Below, in pieces: positions 20,062-28,675 of a DNA stretch of 64,000 nt. The notes under the pieces are model-generated. The model saw only the letters and a list, made by a program, of their open reading frames with translations. It was not told the DNA's origin and made no database searches. The stretch's first letter is position 1; every line of letters starts with the position of its first letter. Made by a program: the position numbers and the translations under genes. This DNA is from an uncultured Lentisphaeraceae bacterium (lineage in GTDB: Bacteria; Verrucomicrobiota; Kiritimatiellia; RFP12; DVOR01), in NCBI GenBank assembly GCA_949289005.1, contig CASEMQ010000067.1, positions 128,365 to 192,364 on the forward strand, read 5' to 3'.

Positions 20062-22437
20062 ATGAACGTGAAGAGCCTGACCTTGCCCTTGCTCCTGCTG
20101 GTGCTGGGGATTGCCACGCCCGCCGCGGCCGCGACGGTGACGGTGAGCGACGTGCGCGTGCGCGCGGACGACACCTTCGGGGTCGACCCCACCGAGGCCG
20201 TGCTGGCGATGTGCTCCGTGACCAAGGGCATGACCGCCGAGCAGGCCACCGTGCAGGAGACCATCAGCGCGGACGTGAAGGCGCTGCTGGCCACGCCCTT
20301 TTACTCGCGAGTCGATGCCGCGATCGGCCAGGACGAGCAGGGAAACTGGGTGGTGATTTACACCGTCAGCCGCCGCCCGCAACTCGCCGCCGCCCCCGCC
20401 TTCGCGGGCCTGGAGGGAACCATCCGCGAAAGCAAGGCCGAGGACGCCGTGAAGCTGACCGCGAACGCGCGCGTGGACGACGCGATCGCCGCCGCGGCCG
20501 CCGGGCGTCTGCGCCAGGCGCTCGAGGATTATGGCTATGTGGACGCCACGGTGGGCTACGAGATCCGCCACGCCGACGAGCCCGGCTACGCTTACCTCAC
20601 CTTCCTGATCGAGGGCGGCGAGCGCCGCAAGATCCGCGATTACAACTTCGAGGGCAACACAGCCTTCGACCACGACACCCTGGCCGAGACCTTCGGCTGG
20701 CGCCCCATCTGGAACCCTATCAGCTGGTTCACCGATTTCCCCACCAGCGACGCGAAACTGGACGACGCCCGCGCCGCCGTGAACAACCTCTACGTCGAGG
20801 CCGGCTATCTGGATGCCGAGGTGGCCACCCCCGTGCTCACCCAAATCGAGGGCAAGGCCAAGGGGCGTTGCGACGCGCTCTTCCGCATCACCGAAGGCCC
20901 GCGCTACACCGTCGGCACCATCACCGTGGAAGGCGCGAAGGTCTACCCGAAAGCCGCGTTGGAGGCCGCCGCCCGCGAGGCGCTCGCCCGGGCAAAGGAT
21001 GGCGCCTTCGCCACGCAGGCCACGCTCGACGCCATCCGGGACGCCGTGGAGGAATACTACGGTTCGCGCGGCTATGTGGACACCGTGGCCCACGCCGAGG
21101 CACGCCCGCGCGACGACGCGCCGGTCATCGACCTGACCTACCATCTCACGGAAGGCGAGCAGGTACGTGTCCGCGACATCCTGATCCGCGGCAATGCCAT
21201 CACGCAAGACAAGGTCATCCGCCGCGAGCTGGCCATTCAGCCCGGCGAGTTCTACGACAGCCGCTGGGTCAAGCGCTCCGAGGCGCGCGTCCGCAACCTC
21301 AACTACTTCCAAGAGGAGAGCGGCGTCACCTCCTACACCGTCAAGACCCCCAACGCCGGCGAGCGCGACCTGGTCTTCGAGGTGCGCGAGCGCGAGACGG
21401 GCGAATACGGCTTCGGTCTGGGCGTGAGCACCATCGACAGCATCTTCGTCTACGCCAAGGCCACCCAGAGCAACTTCGACATCCTCGGCTGGGGCAAAGG
21501 CTTCCGTGGCGCCGGCCAACGCGCCTCCGCCGAGGCGGAGATCGGCGGCCGCCGGCAAACCGTCTTGTTGAGCTGGACGCAACCGTGGCTCTTCGACATG
21601 CCCGTGGCCCTCACGATTGACGCCTACCGCCGGATGCGCTGGCGCGACAACTACGACGAGATCCGCACGGGCGCGGCCTTCACCCTGGCCTGGAAGCCCG
21701 CACCCATCGCCACCCCCTTCGGCGAACTGCAACTCGACCGCATTGGCCTGCGCTACACCCTCGAGCACGTGACTTACGACGACGAGGACGAGGGCGTGTG
21801 GTATCGCGCCGACGGCGCGCCCTTCCGCTTCACCGACCAAGAGGAAGGCATCAACAGCAAGCTGCGCTTCTTCTGGCAGGAGGATCACCGCGACCGCCCG
21901 CTCTTCCCCACCCGCGGTTGGAGCAGCCAAGTCTACGCCGAGGTCGGCCTCTTCGGCGAGGCCAAGGACTACGGACTCGGCTTCTCCTTCAACAAGTACA
22001 CGAACCCTTGGCTCGACCACATCCTCTCCGCCCGCCTGCGCTTCGACACCATCGAGGCCTACAGCGGCGACGTGCCGATGTTCGACCGCTTCTTCATCGG
22101 CGGCGGCCGCACCGTCCGCGGCTTCGAGTTCCGCGATGGCGGCCCCAAGGCCTGGAACGGCGGCGGCCACGTGGCCGTCGGCGGGCAGACGCTCTGGTGC
22201 GCCACGGTGGAATACGCCATCCCGTTGGTCGAGACCATCCACTTCGCCGTCTTCTCCGACATCGGCGCCGTGGGCGAGGACTTCTTCGACCTGGGCAGCG
22301 ATTTGCTGTGGTCGGCCGGTTTCGGCCTGCGCCTGAACCTGCCCAAGTTCCCCATCCGCCTCGACGTCGCCTTCCCCATCACCAACGACGACAACACCGA
22401 GGAAGAAACCTTCACCTTCTGGATTGGTATCGATTGA
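20062..22437 (+). CDS. bamA: Outer membrane protein assembly factor BamA
   Basis: Signal peptide, POTRA repeats (GNAITQDKVIRRE), VRGF motif, beta-barrel C-terminus TFTFWIGID. Confidence 0.92.
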   Translation: MNVKSLTLPLLLLVLGIATPAAAATVTVSDVRVRADDTFGVDPTEAVLAMCSVTKGMTAEQATVQETISADVKALLATPFYSRVDAAIGQDEQGNWVVIYTVSRRPQLAAAPAFAGLEGTIRESKAEDAVKLTANARVDDAIAAAAAGRLRQALEDYGYVDATVGYEIRHADEPGYAYLTFLIEGGERRKIRDYNFEGNTAFDHDTLAETFGWRPIWNPISWFTDFPTSDAKLDDARAAVNNLYVEAGYLDAEVATPVLTQIEGKAKGRCDALFRITEGPRYTVGTITVEGAKVYPKAALEAAAREALARAKDGAFATQATLDAIRDAVEEYYGSRGYVDTVAHAEARPRDDAPVIDLTYHLTEGEQVRVRDILIRGNAITQDKVIRRELAIQPGEFYDSRWVKRSEARVRNLNYFQEESGVTSYTVKTPNAGERDLVFEVRERETGEYGFGLGVSTIDSIFVYAKATQSNFDILGWGKGFRGAGQRASAEAEIGGRRQTVLLSWTQPWLFDMPVALTIDAYRRMRWRDNYDEIRTGAAFTLAWKPAPIATPFGELQLDRIGLRYTLEHVTYDDEDEGVWYRADGAPFRFTDQEEGINSKLRFFWQEDHRDRPLFPTRGWSSQVYAEVGLFGEAKDYGLGFSFNKYTNPWLDHILSARLRFDTIEAYSGDVPMFDRFFIGGGRTVRGFEFRDGGPKAWNGGGHVAVGGQTLWCATVEYAIPLVETIHFAVFSDIGAVGEDFFDLGSDLLWSAGFGLRLNLPKFPIRLDVAFPITNDDNTEEETFTFWIGID

Positions 22438-22450
22438 CGAAAGGACCCCC

Positions 22451-23059
22451 ATGAAACGCCTCCCCCTCGCCCTCCTGAGCCTCCTCCCCACCCTCGCCCT
22501 GGCACACACCGTCGCCGTGGTGGACATGGAAGCAGCACTGGCCAACCACCCCAACACCCCCAACGACCGCAAAACGCTGGAAACAACCCTCGCCGACTAC
22601 ACCAAGGAACGCGACACTCTCCGCGCCGACCTCGAACGCCGCATGGCCGACCTCGAAAAGCAACGCGCCGAGGCCCAAAACCCCATGCTTGCCCCCGCCA
22701 AGGCCGAGGAACTCCGCAAAACCCTCGAAGGCCGCCTTCGCGAACTCCAGGAGGCCGGCCGCCGCGCCGAGGCCCAGATGGCCCAACGCTCGCAGACCCT
22801 CTCGGAAATGGAGCGCAGCTTCATCAACCGCACCTCCAAGGAAATCGAGACCCACATCGCCGCCTACGCCAAGGAAAAGGCCATCGACGTGGTTCTCTAC
22901 AAGAACGCCACCCCCTACGTGAAGCCAGACCTCGACATCACCGACGCCATCATTACGCGTTGCGGCGGCACCCCGCCCGCGAAAGACGCCGCCAAGGACG
23001 GCGAAACCCTCGCCCCGCCCGCCAAGCCCAACTTCTCCCTCGCCCCCACCGCCAAATAA
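22451..23059 (+). CDS. skp: OmpH/Skp periplasmic chaperone
   Basis: Signal peptide, VAVVDM, coiled coil, DITDAII; directly after bamA. Confidence 0.85.
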   Translation: MKRLPLALLSLLPTLALAHTVAVVDMEAALANHPNTPNDRKTLETTLADYTKERDTLRADLERRMADLEKQRAEAQNPMLAPAKAEELRKTLEGRLRELQEAGRRAEAQMAQRSQTLSEMERSFINRTSKEIETHIAAYAKEKAIDVVLYKNATPYVKPDLDITDAIITRCGGTPPAKDAAKDGETLAPPAKPNFSLAPTAK

Positions 23060-23068
23060 GGAGCGCCA

Positions 23069-23497
23069 ATGAGCCACGAACTCGAAGAGGGTCTCTCCCT
23101 CAACCTCGACTTCTCCAAAATCGCCAAAGTCGCCGCCAACATCCACGAGGACAAGGACAACGTCATCCCCGTGGCCGTCCAGGACATCGACACCAAAGAG
23201 GTCATCCTCATCGCCTACACCAACCGCCAGGCCATGGAACTGACCTTCAAGACCCGCACGCTCACCCTCTGGTCCACCTCCCGCAACGTCCTCTGGGAAA
23301 AAGGCAAGACCTCCGGGGAATCCTTCGAGGTGCTCGAGGCACGCGTCAATTGCGAGCAGAACTCCCTCGTCTACTTCGTTCGCCCCCGCCGCGGCGCCAT
23401 CTGCCACACCAAAAACAAGGCCGGCCAACCGCGCAACTGCTACTACCGCGCCATCAACCTGGACGATGGCGTCACCCTCACCAACCTCGATCCGTGA
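23069..23497 (+). CDS. hisI: Phosphoribosyl-AMP cyclohydrolase (monofunctional)
   Basis: IPVAVQD, WSTSRNVLWEKGKTSG, NCEQNSL, CHT...CYYR. Confidence 0.9.
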   Translation: MSHELEEGLSLNLDFSKIAKVAANIHEDKDNVIPVAVQDIDTKEVILIAYTNRQAMELTFKTRTLTLWSTSRNVLWEKGKTSGESFEVLEARVNCEQNSLVYFVRPRRGAICHTKNKAGQPRNCYYRAINLDDGVTLTNLDP

Positions 23498-23529
23498 GCG
23501 CGACCGGGAAGCGTGCCGGGCAGGTCGCG

Positions 23530-25344
23530 ATGCCCACCGCGTCCGTTCGCCTGAACACCGGGGACTGGGCCCCCGCGCGCCGTCTCCTCGGCGCCGAGGG
23601 GCTCGCCGTCATCCTCCCCTGCCACAACCTCGCCGCGACCGTCGAGGCCAACCTCGCGCGCGTGGCCGATCTCCTGCACGCACACGGCCTCCCCTTCCAG
23701 CTCATCCCCGTGGACGATGGCAGCGACGACGGCACGGCCGAGGCCATCCGCCGCGCCGCCGCCCGCCACCCCGATCTCATCCACCCCGCCTTCCTCCCCA
23801 CCAACCAGGGCAAGGGCGCCGCGCTCCTCGCCGGACTCCCCCACGTGACGTGCGGCTGGGTGTTGCTTCTGGACGGCGACCTTGACCTCGACCCCTCCGC
23901 CCTCCCCGCCTTCTGCGATGTCGCCGAGGCCACGCATGCGGACGCCATCCTGGGGAACAAGCGCCACCCCGCCTCGCAAGTGCGCTATCCCCTGCGCCGC
24001 CGTCTCTTCTCCGCCCTTTACCACGCCCTCTGCCACGCACTGCTTCGCCTAAGCGTTTCCGACACGCAGAGCGGCATGAAACTCATCCGCGCCCAAGCCC
24101 TCCGCTACGCCGCCGACCGCCTCCTCGTCAAACGGTTTGCCTTCGACCTCGAGCTCCTCGCCGTCATCCAAGGCGGCGGCTTCACCCTCGCCGAGGCACC
24201 CGTGCGCGTGGACTTTGGCCTCCGCTGGGGCTGCCTCTCGCCGGGCACGCTCTGGCGCACGCTGGTCGACACCCTGGCCATCGTCTACCGCGCCCGCGCC
24301 CTGCACTACTACGCCGGCCTCACCCCCCTGCCCCCCGCGCCCGACCCCGCGCACGGCCCGCGCTTCTCCGTCATCGTCGCCTGCCCCGGCGACAGCGTCG
24401 TCCTCCGCCGCCTCATCGCCGCCCTCGACGCGCAGACCTACCGCAACTTCGAGGTCCTCTTCCTCCCCGACCGCCTCCTCGTCCGCCCCGAGGTCCGCTT
24501 CCGCTTCCGCATCCTCGCCACCGGCGGCGTCCGACCCGCCCGCAAACGCAACCAAGGCGCGCTCGTGGCCGATGGCGACATCCTCGCCTTCATCGACGAC
24601 GATGCCTACCCGCGCCCGGACTGGCTCGCCAACGCCGCCGCGCGCTTCGCCGCCGACCCCGCCATCGACGCCCTCGGCGGCCCCGGCCTCACCCCGCCCG
24701 AAGACCCGCCCGCCGCCCAACTCTCCGGCGCCATCCTCGCCTCCCCCCTCGTCTCCGGCAACTTCCGCCACCGCTACTTCATCCAAGGCGCCCTCCGCCG
24801 CGTCGAGGACTTCCCCAGTTGCAACCTCTTCGTCCGCAAGGCCGCCTTCGATGCCATCCGCGGCTTCCGCGAAGACTTCTGGCCCGGCGAGGACACCCTC
24901 CTCTGCGCCGACCTCCAGCTCGCCGGCCGCACCCTGTGGTACGACCCCCGCGTCGTCGTCTACCACCACCGCCGCCCCGTCTTCGGCCCCCACCTCCGCC
25001 AAATCGGCCGCTATGCCCTCCACCGCGGCTACTTCGCCCGCCGCGTTGGCCTCAACTCCCGCCGTCTCTCCTACCTCCTCCCCACGCTCTTCCTCCTCGG
25101 CCTCCTCCTCGGCGCCCCGCTCGCCTGCCTCTCCCCTTGGCTCGCCGTCCCCTACCTCGCCATCGTCTCGCTCTACCTCCTCGTCACCCTCGGCGACGCC
25201 CTCCTCGAAGCCCCCACACCGCGCCAAATGCCCGCCTACTGGGCCGGCGTCATCCTCACGCACCTCTGGTACGGCGCACGTTTCCTTCATGGTCTCCTCG
25301 CCGCCAAAATGCCCAACAAAGTCCTCCCCTTCGACCACCGCTGA
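23530..25344 (+). CDS. Two-domain GT2 glycosyltransferase with C-terminal TM helices
   Basis: Domain 1: VDDGSDDGT, NQGKG, DGD, DTQSGMK, FAFDLEL (DPM/DPG-synthase-like). Domain 2: RNQGA, FIDDDA, GEDTLL. Start uncertain (GTG 23494 is an alternative). Confidence 0.85.
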   Translation: MPTASVRLNTGDWAPARRLLGAEGLAVILPCHNLAATVEANLARVADLLHAHGLPFQLIPVDDGSDDGTAEAIRRAAARHPDLIHPAFLPTNQGKGAALLAGLPHVTCGWVLLLDGDLDLDPSALPAFCDVAEATHADAILGNKRHPASQVRYPLRRRLFSALYHALCHALLRLSVSDTQSGMKLIRAQALRYAADRLLVKRFAFDLELLAVIQGGGFTLAEAPVRVDFGLRWGCLSPGTLWRTLVDTLAIVYRARALHYYAGLTPLPPAPDPAHGPRFSVIVACPGDSVVLRRLIAALDAQTYRNFEVLFLPDRLLVRPEVRFRFRILATGGVRPARKRNQGALVADGDILAFIDDDAYPRPDWLANAAARFAADPAIDALGGPGLTPPEDPPAAQLSGAILASPLVSGNFRHRYFIQGALRRVEDFPSCNLFVRKAAFDAIRGFREDFWPGEDTLLCADLQLAGRTLWYDPRVVVYHHRRPVFGPHLRQIGRYALHRGYFARRVGLNSRRLSYLLPTLFLLGLLLGAPLACLSPWLAVPYLAIVSLYLLVTLGDALLEAPTPRQMPAYWAGVILTHLWYGARFLHGLLAAKMPNKVLPFDHR

Positions 25345-25401
25345 CCCTCCCCGCACCGTCGCCACCGGCCGACGGCAAACCCAGAATAAAGGAACCCTGC
25401 C

Positions 25402-27375
25402 ATGTCCAAACGTCTCCCGCTCCTGCTCTTGGCCTGCGCACTCTTCGCCGGCACACTCGCCGCGCGTGAAACCATCCCCCTGAACGATGGCTGGCGTTTC
25501 CGCTACGGCTGGAACTTCGCGGGCCCCAAATGGACGCCCGTCACCCTCCCCCACACCTGGAACACGGCCGATGCCGAGGGCGACCACCCCTACACGCGCA
25601 CGCTCGGCATCTACAAACTCAGCCTCAAAACCCGCCCCGAGTGGAAAGGCAAACGCGTCTTCCTCCGCTTCAAGGGCGCCGCCACCGTCGCCGACGTCAT
25701 GTTCAACAACGTCTGGCTCGGCCAGCATCGCGGCGGCTACACCGCCTTCTGCCACGAGCTCACCCCCCACCTGCCCCCTGCCGGCAAGAGCGCCGAGCTC
25801 CGCGTCCGCGTCTCCAATGCCGAAACCTCCGACGTCCTCCCCCTCGCGGGCGACTTCAACATCTTCGGCGGCCTCTACCGTGGCGTCGAGCTCATCGTCA
25901 CCGACCCGGTCTGCGTCAGCCCGCTCGATCACGGCTCCTCCGGCATCCGCATCCGCCAAGAGGCCCTTTCCGATACCGAGGCACGCCTCGCCGTCACCGT
26001 TGCCCTCGCCAACCCCACCGGCCAGCCCCAGACCGTCACCCTCGACGTCGCCGGCAAAACCTTCTCCGCCGCCGGCGTCGACTGCGTCACCATCCCCGTC
26101 ACAATCGCCAAACCCCGCCGTTGGGACGGCGTCGCCGACCCCTTCCTCTACACCCTTACCGCCAAAGTCGGCGATGATGCCGTCACCCAGTCCTTCGGCG
26201 TGCGCGACATCCGCTTCGACCCCGGCAAGGGCTTCTTCCTCAACGGCCGCCACCTGCCCCTCCGCGGCGTCTGCCGCCACCAGGAATGGGAGGGCAAACT
26301 CGCCGCCCTCGCCCCCGAAGACCATCTCCGCGACGTCGAAATCATGCGCGACATGGGCGCCAACGCCGTCCGCCTCGCCCACTATCCCCAAGCCGAGGAA
26401 ATCTACGATGCCTGCGACCGCGCCGGCCTCGTCGTCTGGGCCGAAATCCCCTTCGTCGGCCCCGGCGGCTACGACGACGAAGGGTACGTCCCCTCCGATC
26501 GCCTCCACGAGAACGCCCGCCAACAGCTCATCGAGATGATCCGCCAGCACGGCAACCACCCCTCCATCGTCACCTGGGGCCTCTTCAACGAGCTCCGCAT
26601 GGCTCCCAACCCCGTCCCCTTCCTCAAAACGCTCAACGCCCTCGCCAAACAGGAAGACCCCACCCGCCCCACCGCCGCCGCCTCGAACCTCGGCAACGAC
26701 GCCCCCCTCACCTTCGTCACCGACCTCATCGCCTGGAACCGCTACGACGGCTGGTACGGCGGAATGCCCAAGAACCTCGGCGCCTTCCTCGACGCCACCC
26801 ACAAAAAACATCCCAAACTCTGCATCGCCATCAGCGAATACGGCGCCGGCGCCTCCGCAAAACACCACGAGGAACCCATCCGCAAGCCCAACGCCGGCGG
26901 TATGTTCCACCCCGAAGCCTGGCAGACCGAATACCACATCCTCAACTGGGCCGAGCTCTCCAAGCGCCCCTACGTCTGGGGCTCCTTCATCTGGAACCTT
27001 TTCGACTTCGCCGCCAGCCACCGCACCGAGGGCGACCGTCACGGCATCAACGACAAAGGCCTCGTCACCCACGACCGCCAAACCTTCAAGGACGCCTACT
27101 TCTTCTACAAGGCCAACTGGCGCGACGACACCCCCGTCCTCCACCTTTGCGAAAAGCGCTTCACCCAACGCAAGGCCGACAAAATCTTCGTCCGCGCCTT
27201 CTCCAACGTCGGCCCCGCCGAACTCCTCGTCAACGGGAAATCTTGCGGCACCGCCACCCCCGACGCCCGCCGCGTCCTCACCTGGAAAGACATCCCCCTC
27301 GCTCCCGGCGACAACCAAATCCTCCTCCGCACCCCCGACGGCAAAACCACCGACTCCTGCCTCTGGCGCCGCTGA
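25402..27375 (+). CDS. Glycoside hydrolase family 2 (beta-galactosidase/glucuronidase-like), secreted
   Basis: LPHTWN, HRGGYTAF, GGLYRGV, GANAVRLAHYPQ, WGLFNE, ISEYGAG and NDKGLVT. Confidence 0.92.
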   Translation: MSKRLPLLLLACALFAGTLAARETIPLNDGWRFRYGWNFAGPKWTPVTLPHTWNTADAEGDHPYTRTLGIYKLSLKTRPEWKGKRVFLRFKGAATVADVMFNNVWLGQHRGGYTAFCHELTPHLPPAGKSAELRVRVSNAETSDVLPLAGDFNIFGGLYRGVELIVTDPVCVSPLDHGSSGIRIRQEALSDTEARLAVTVALANPTGQPQTVTLDVAGKTFSAAGVDCVTIPVTIAKPRRWDGVADPFLYTLTAKVGDDAVTQSFGVRDIRFDPGKGFFLNGRHLPLRGVCRHQEWEGKLAALAPEDHLRDVEIMRDMGANAVRLAHYPQAEEIYDACDRAGLVVWAEIPFVGPGGYDDEGYVPSDRLHENARQQLIEMIRQHGNHPSIVTWGLFNELRMAPNPVPFLKTLNALAKQEDPTRPTAAASNLGNDAPLTFVTDLIAWNRYDGWYGGMPKNLGAFLDATHKKHPKLCIAISEYGAGASAKHHEEPIRKPNAGGMFHPEAWQTEYHILNWAELSKRPYVWGSFIWNLFDFAASHRTEGDRHGINDKGLVTHDRQTFKDAYFFYKANWRDDTPVLHLCEKRFTQRKADKIFVRAFSNVGPAELLVNGKSCGTATPDARRVLTWKDIPLAPGDNQILLRTPDGKTTDSCLWRR

Positions 27376-27479
27376 CCGCACCCGCCCACCCTCTTCCCGG
27401 CCATTGGGACTGTGCGCGCCGAGGCGTTTCTCAGGACGCATCGCGCCGTGGCCTTTGTCGCTTTCGTGATTTCCACTTT

Positions 27480-27488
27480 TGGTATACT
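27480..27488 (+). promoter_or_regulatory. Extended -10 (TGgTATACT) of the TPR-ahbC-cvpA-dnaG unit
   Basis: AT-rich patch where the + strand flips from C-rich to G-rich. Confidence 0.55.
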
Positions 27489-27509
27489 GTGCCACATGAA
27501 GGAGTTTGC

Positions 27510-28673
27510 ATGACGAAGAAGACGTGGTTGGCCGGGTGCCTGGTTGCGGCGCTTGTGGCGGCATTTGCGGCGGGGTGTGCGCCGGAAACGCCTGAGCGTG
27601 TTTCCGCGCAGGCGGAGGATGCGTACGCGGCGGGCGATTACGCGAAGGCCATCACCGCCTACGAGCGACTGCTGGCAATGCATGGCGAGGATGCCACGAT
27701 TTACGCGAATCTGGCCTTGGCGGCCCTGGGCGCACAAGACACTGCCTATGCCAAGCGCGCGGCCGAGAAGGCTCTGGCGTTGCAGAACACGGGGCCACAG
27801 GCGGAAACGGCACGTGAGTTGCTGGGAATGGTGGCCGAGGCGGCGAACGACAAGGCCGAGGCAGCGAAGATTTTCCGCGGGCTGACCGATGCCGGAAATC
27901 CGGAGGTGCGGACGCGCGCGCGTTCGCGTCTGGCGCGGCTTTACGCCGAGCAGGGGCGCGTGGATGGCGCGTTGGCGTTGTTGCTGGCGGCGGCCAACGA
28001 GGCACCGACGGACGCGCCCACGCTTTACAACCTGGGCGCGCTGTGCGTACGCGAGCCGTTGCGCCTGCGTCAAGCGGCGCTGGATTATTTTCGCCAGGCA
28101 GAGCGGCTGTTGCCGCAACATGCACGCGAGCGCAAAAAGGCGAGGGATTGGGTGACGCGGCTGGAGGCCAACCTGGCGCGGTTGCGGCAGTTGCCGCCGA
28201 ACGCGGGCGACGCGAAGACATGCGCGGAGCAACTCCGCCTCGCCGATGAGGCGACGGCGAAAAAGCGGTGGCGCAGCGCCGAGACCGCCGCACGCAAGGC
28301 CGCCGAGGCGGATCCATCGAGTTTCGAGGCGGCGTTGGCGTGGGGGCGCGCCGGCGCACGGAACGGCCACCGGGACATCGCGCTCCGGGCCTACGACGCG
28401 GCGCTGGCGCTGCGGCCAGCCTCCGCTGAGGCGCGTGCCGAGGCCGCGCAGTTGGCCTACGACGCCAAGCGCTACGCGGACGCGGCGAACTATCTGCGGC
28501 CGTTGCTGGTCGCCCAACCGCGCAATCGTTTCATCGCGGATCTGATGATGCGGATTTTGACCGCGCAGCGGAAGTTGCCCGACGCGCGGGTCTGGGGGGA
28601 GTTTTATCTGGCGTTGGACGCATCCGCCCCGGACTCCTATCGCAAGTGGGTGCAGAGCCTGCCGAGGGAGTGA
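27510..28673 (+). CDS. TPR-repeat lipoprotein
   Basis: MTKKTWLAGCLVAALVAAFAAGC lipobox, AAGGAG RBS, TPR helices (GDYAKAITAYERLL, PTLYNLG). Confidence 0.85.
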   Translation: MTKKTWLAGCLVAALVAAFAAGCAPETPERVSAQAEDAYAAGDYAKAITAYERLLAMHGEDATIYANLALAALGAQDTAYAKRAAEKALALQNTGPQAETARELLGMVAEAANDKAEAAKIFRGLTDAGNPEVRTRARSRLARLYAEQGRVDGALALLLAAANEAPTDAPTLYNLGALCVREPLRLRQAALDYFRQAERLLPQHARERKKARDWVTRLEANLARLRQLPPNAGDAKTCAEQLRLADEATAKKRWRSAETAARKAAEADPSSFEAALAWGRAGARNGHRDIALRAYDAALALRPASAEARAEAAQLAYDAKRYADAANYLRPLLVAQPRNRFIADLMMRILTAQRKLPDARVWGEFYLALDASAPDSYRKWVQSLPRE

Positions 28674-28675
28674 GC

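Noticed and set aside
27411..27450. Possible degenerate fifth fragment of the repeat (CAGGACGCATCGCGCCGTG)
   Set aside because: Only 9-11 nt matches in GC-rich DNA and it lacks the box block.
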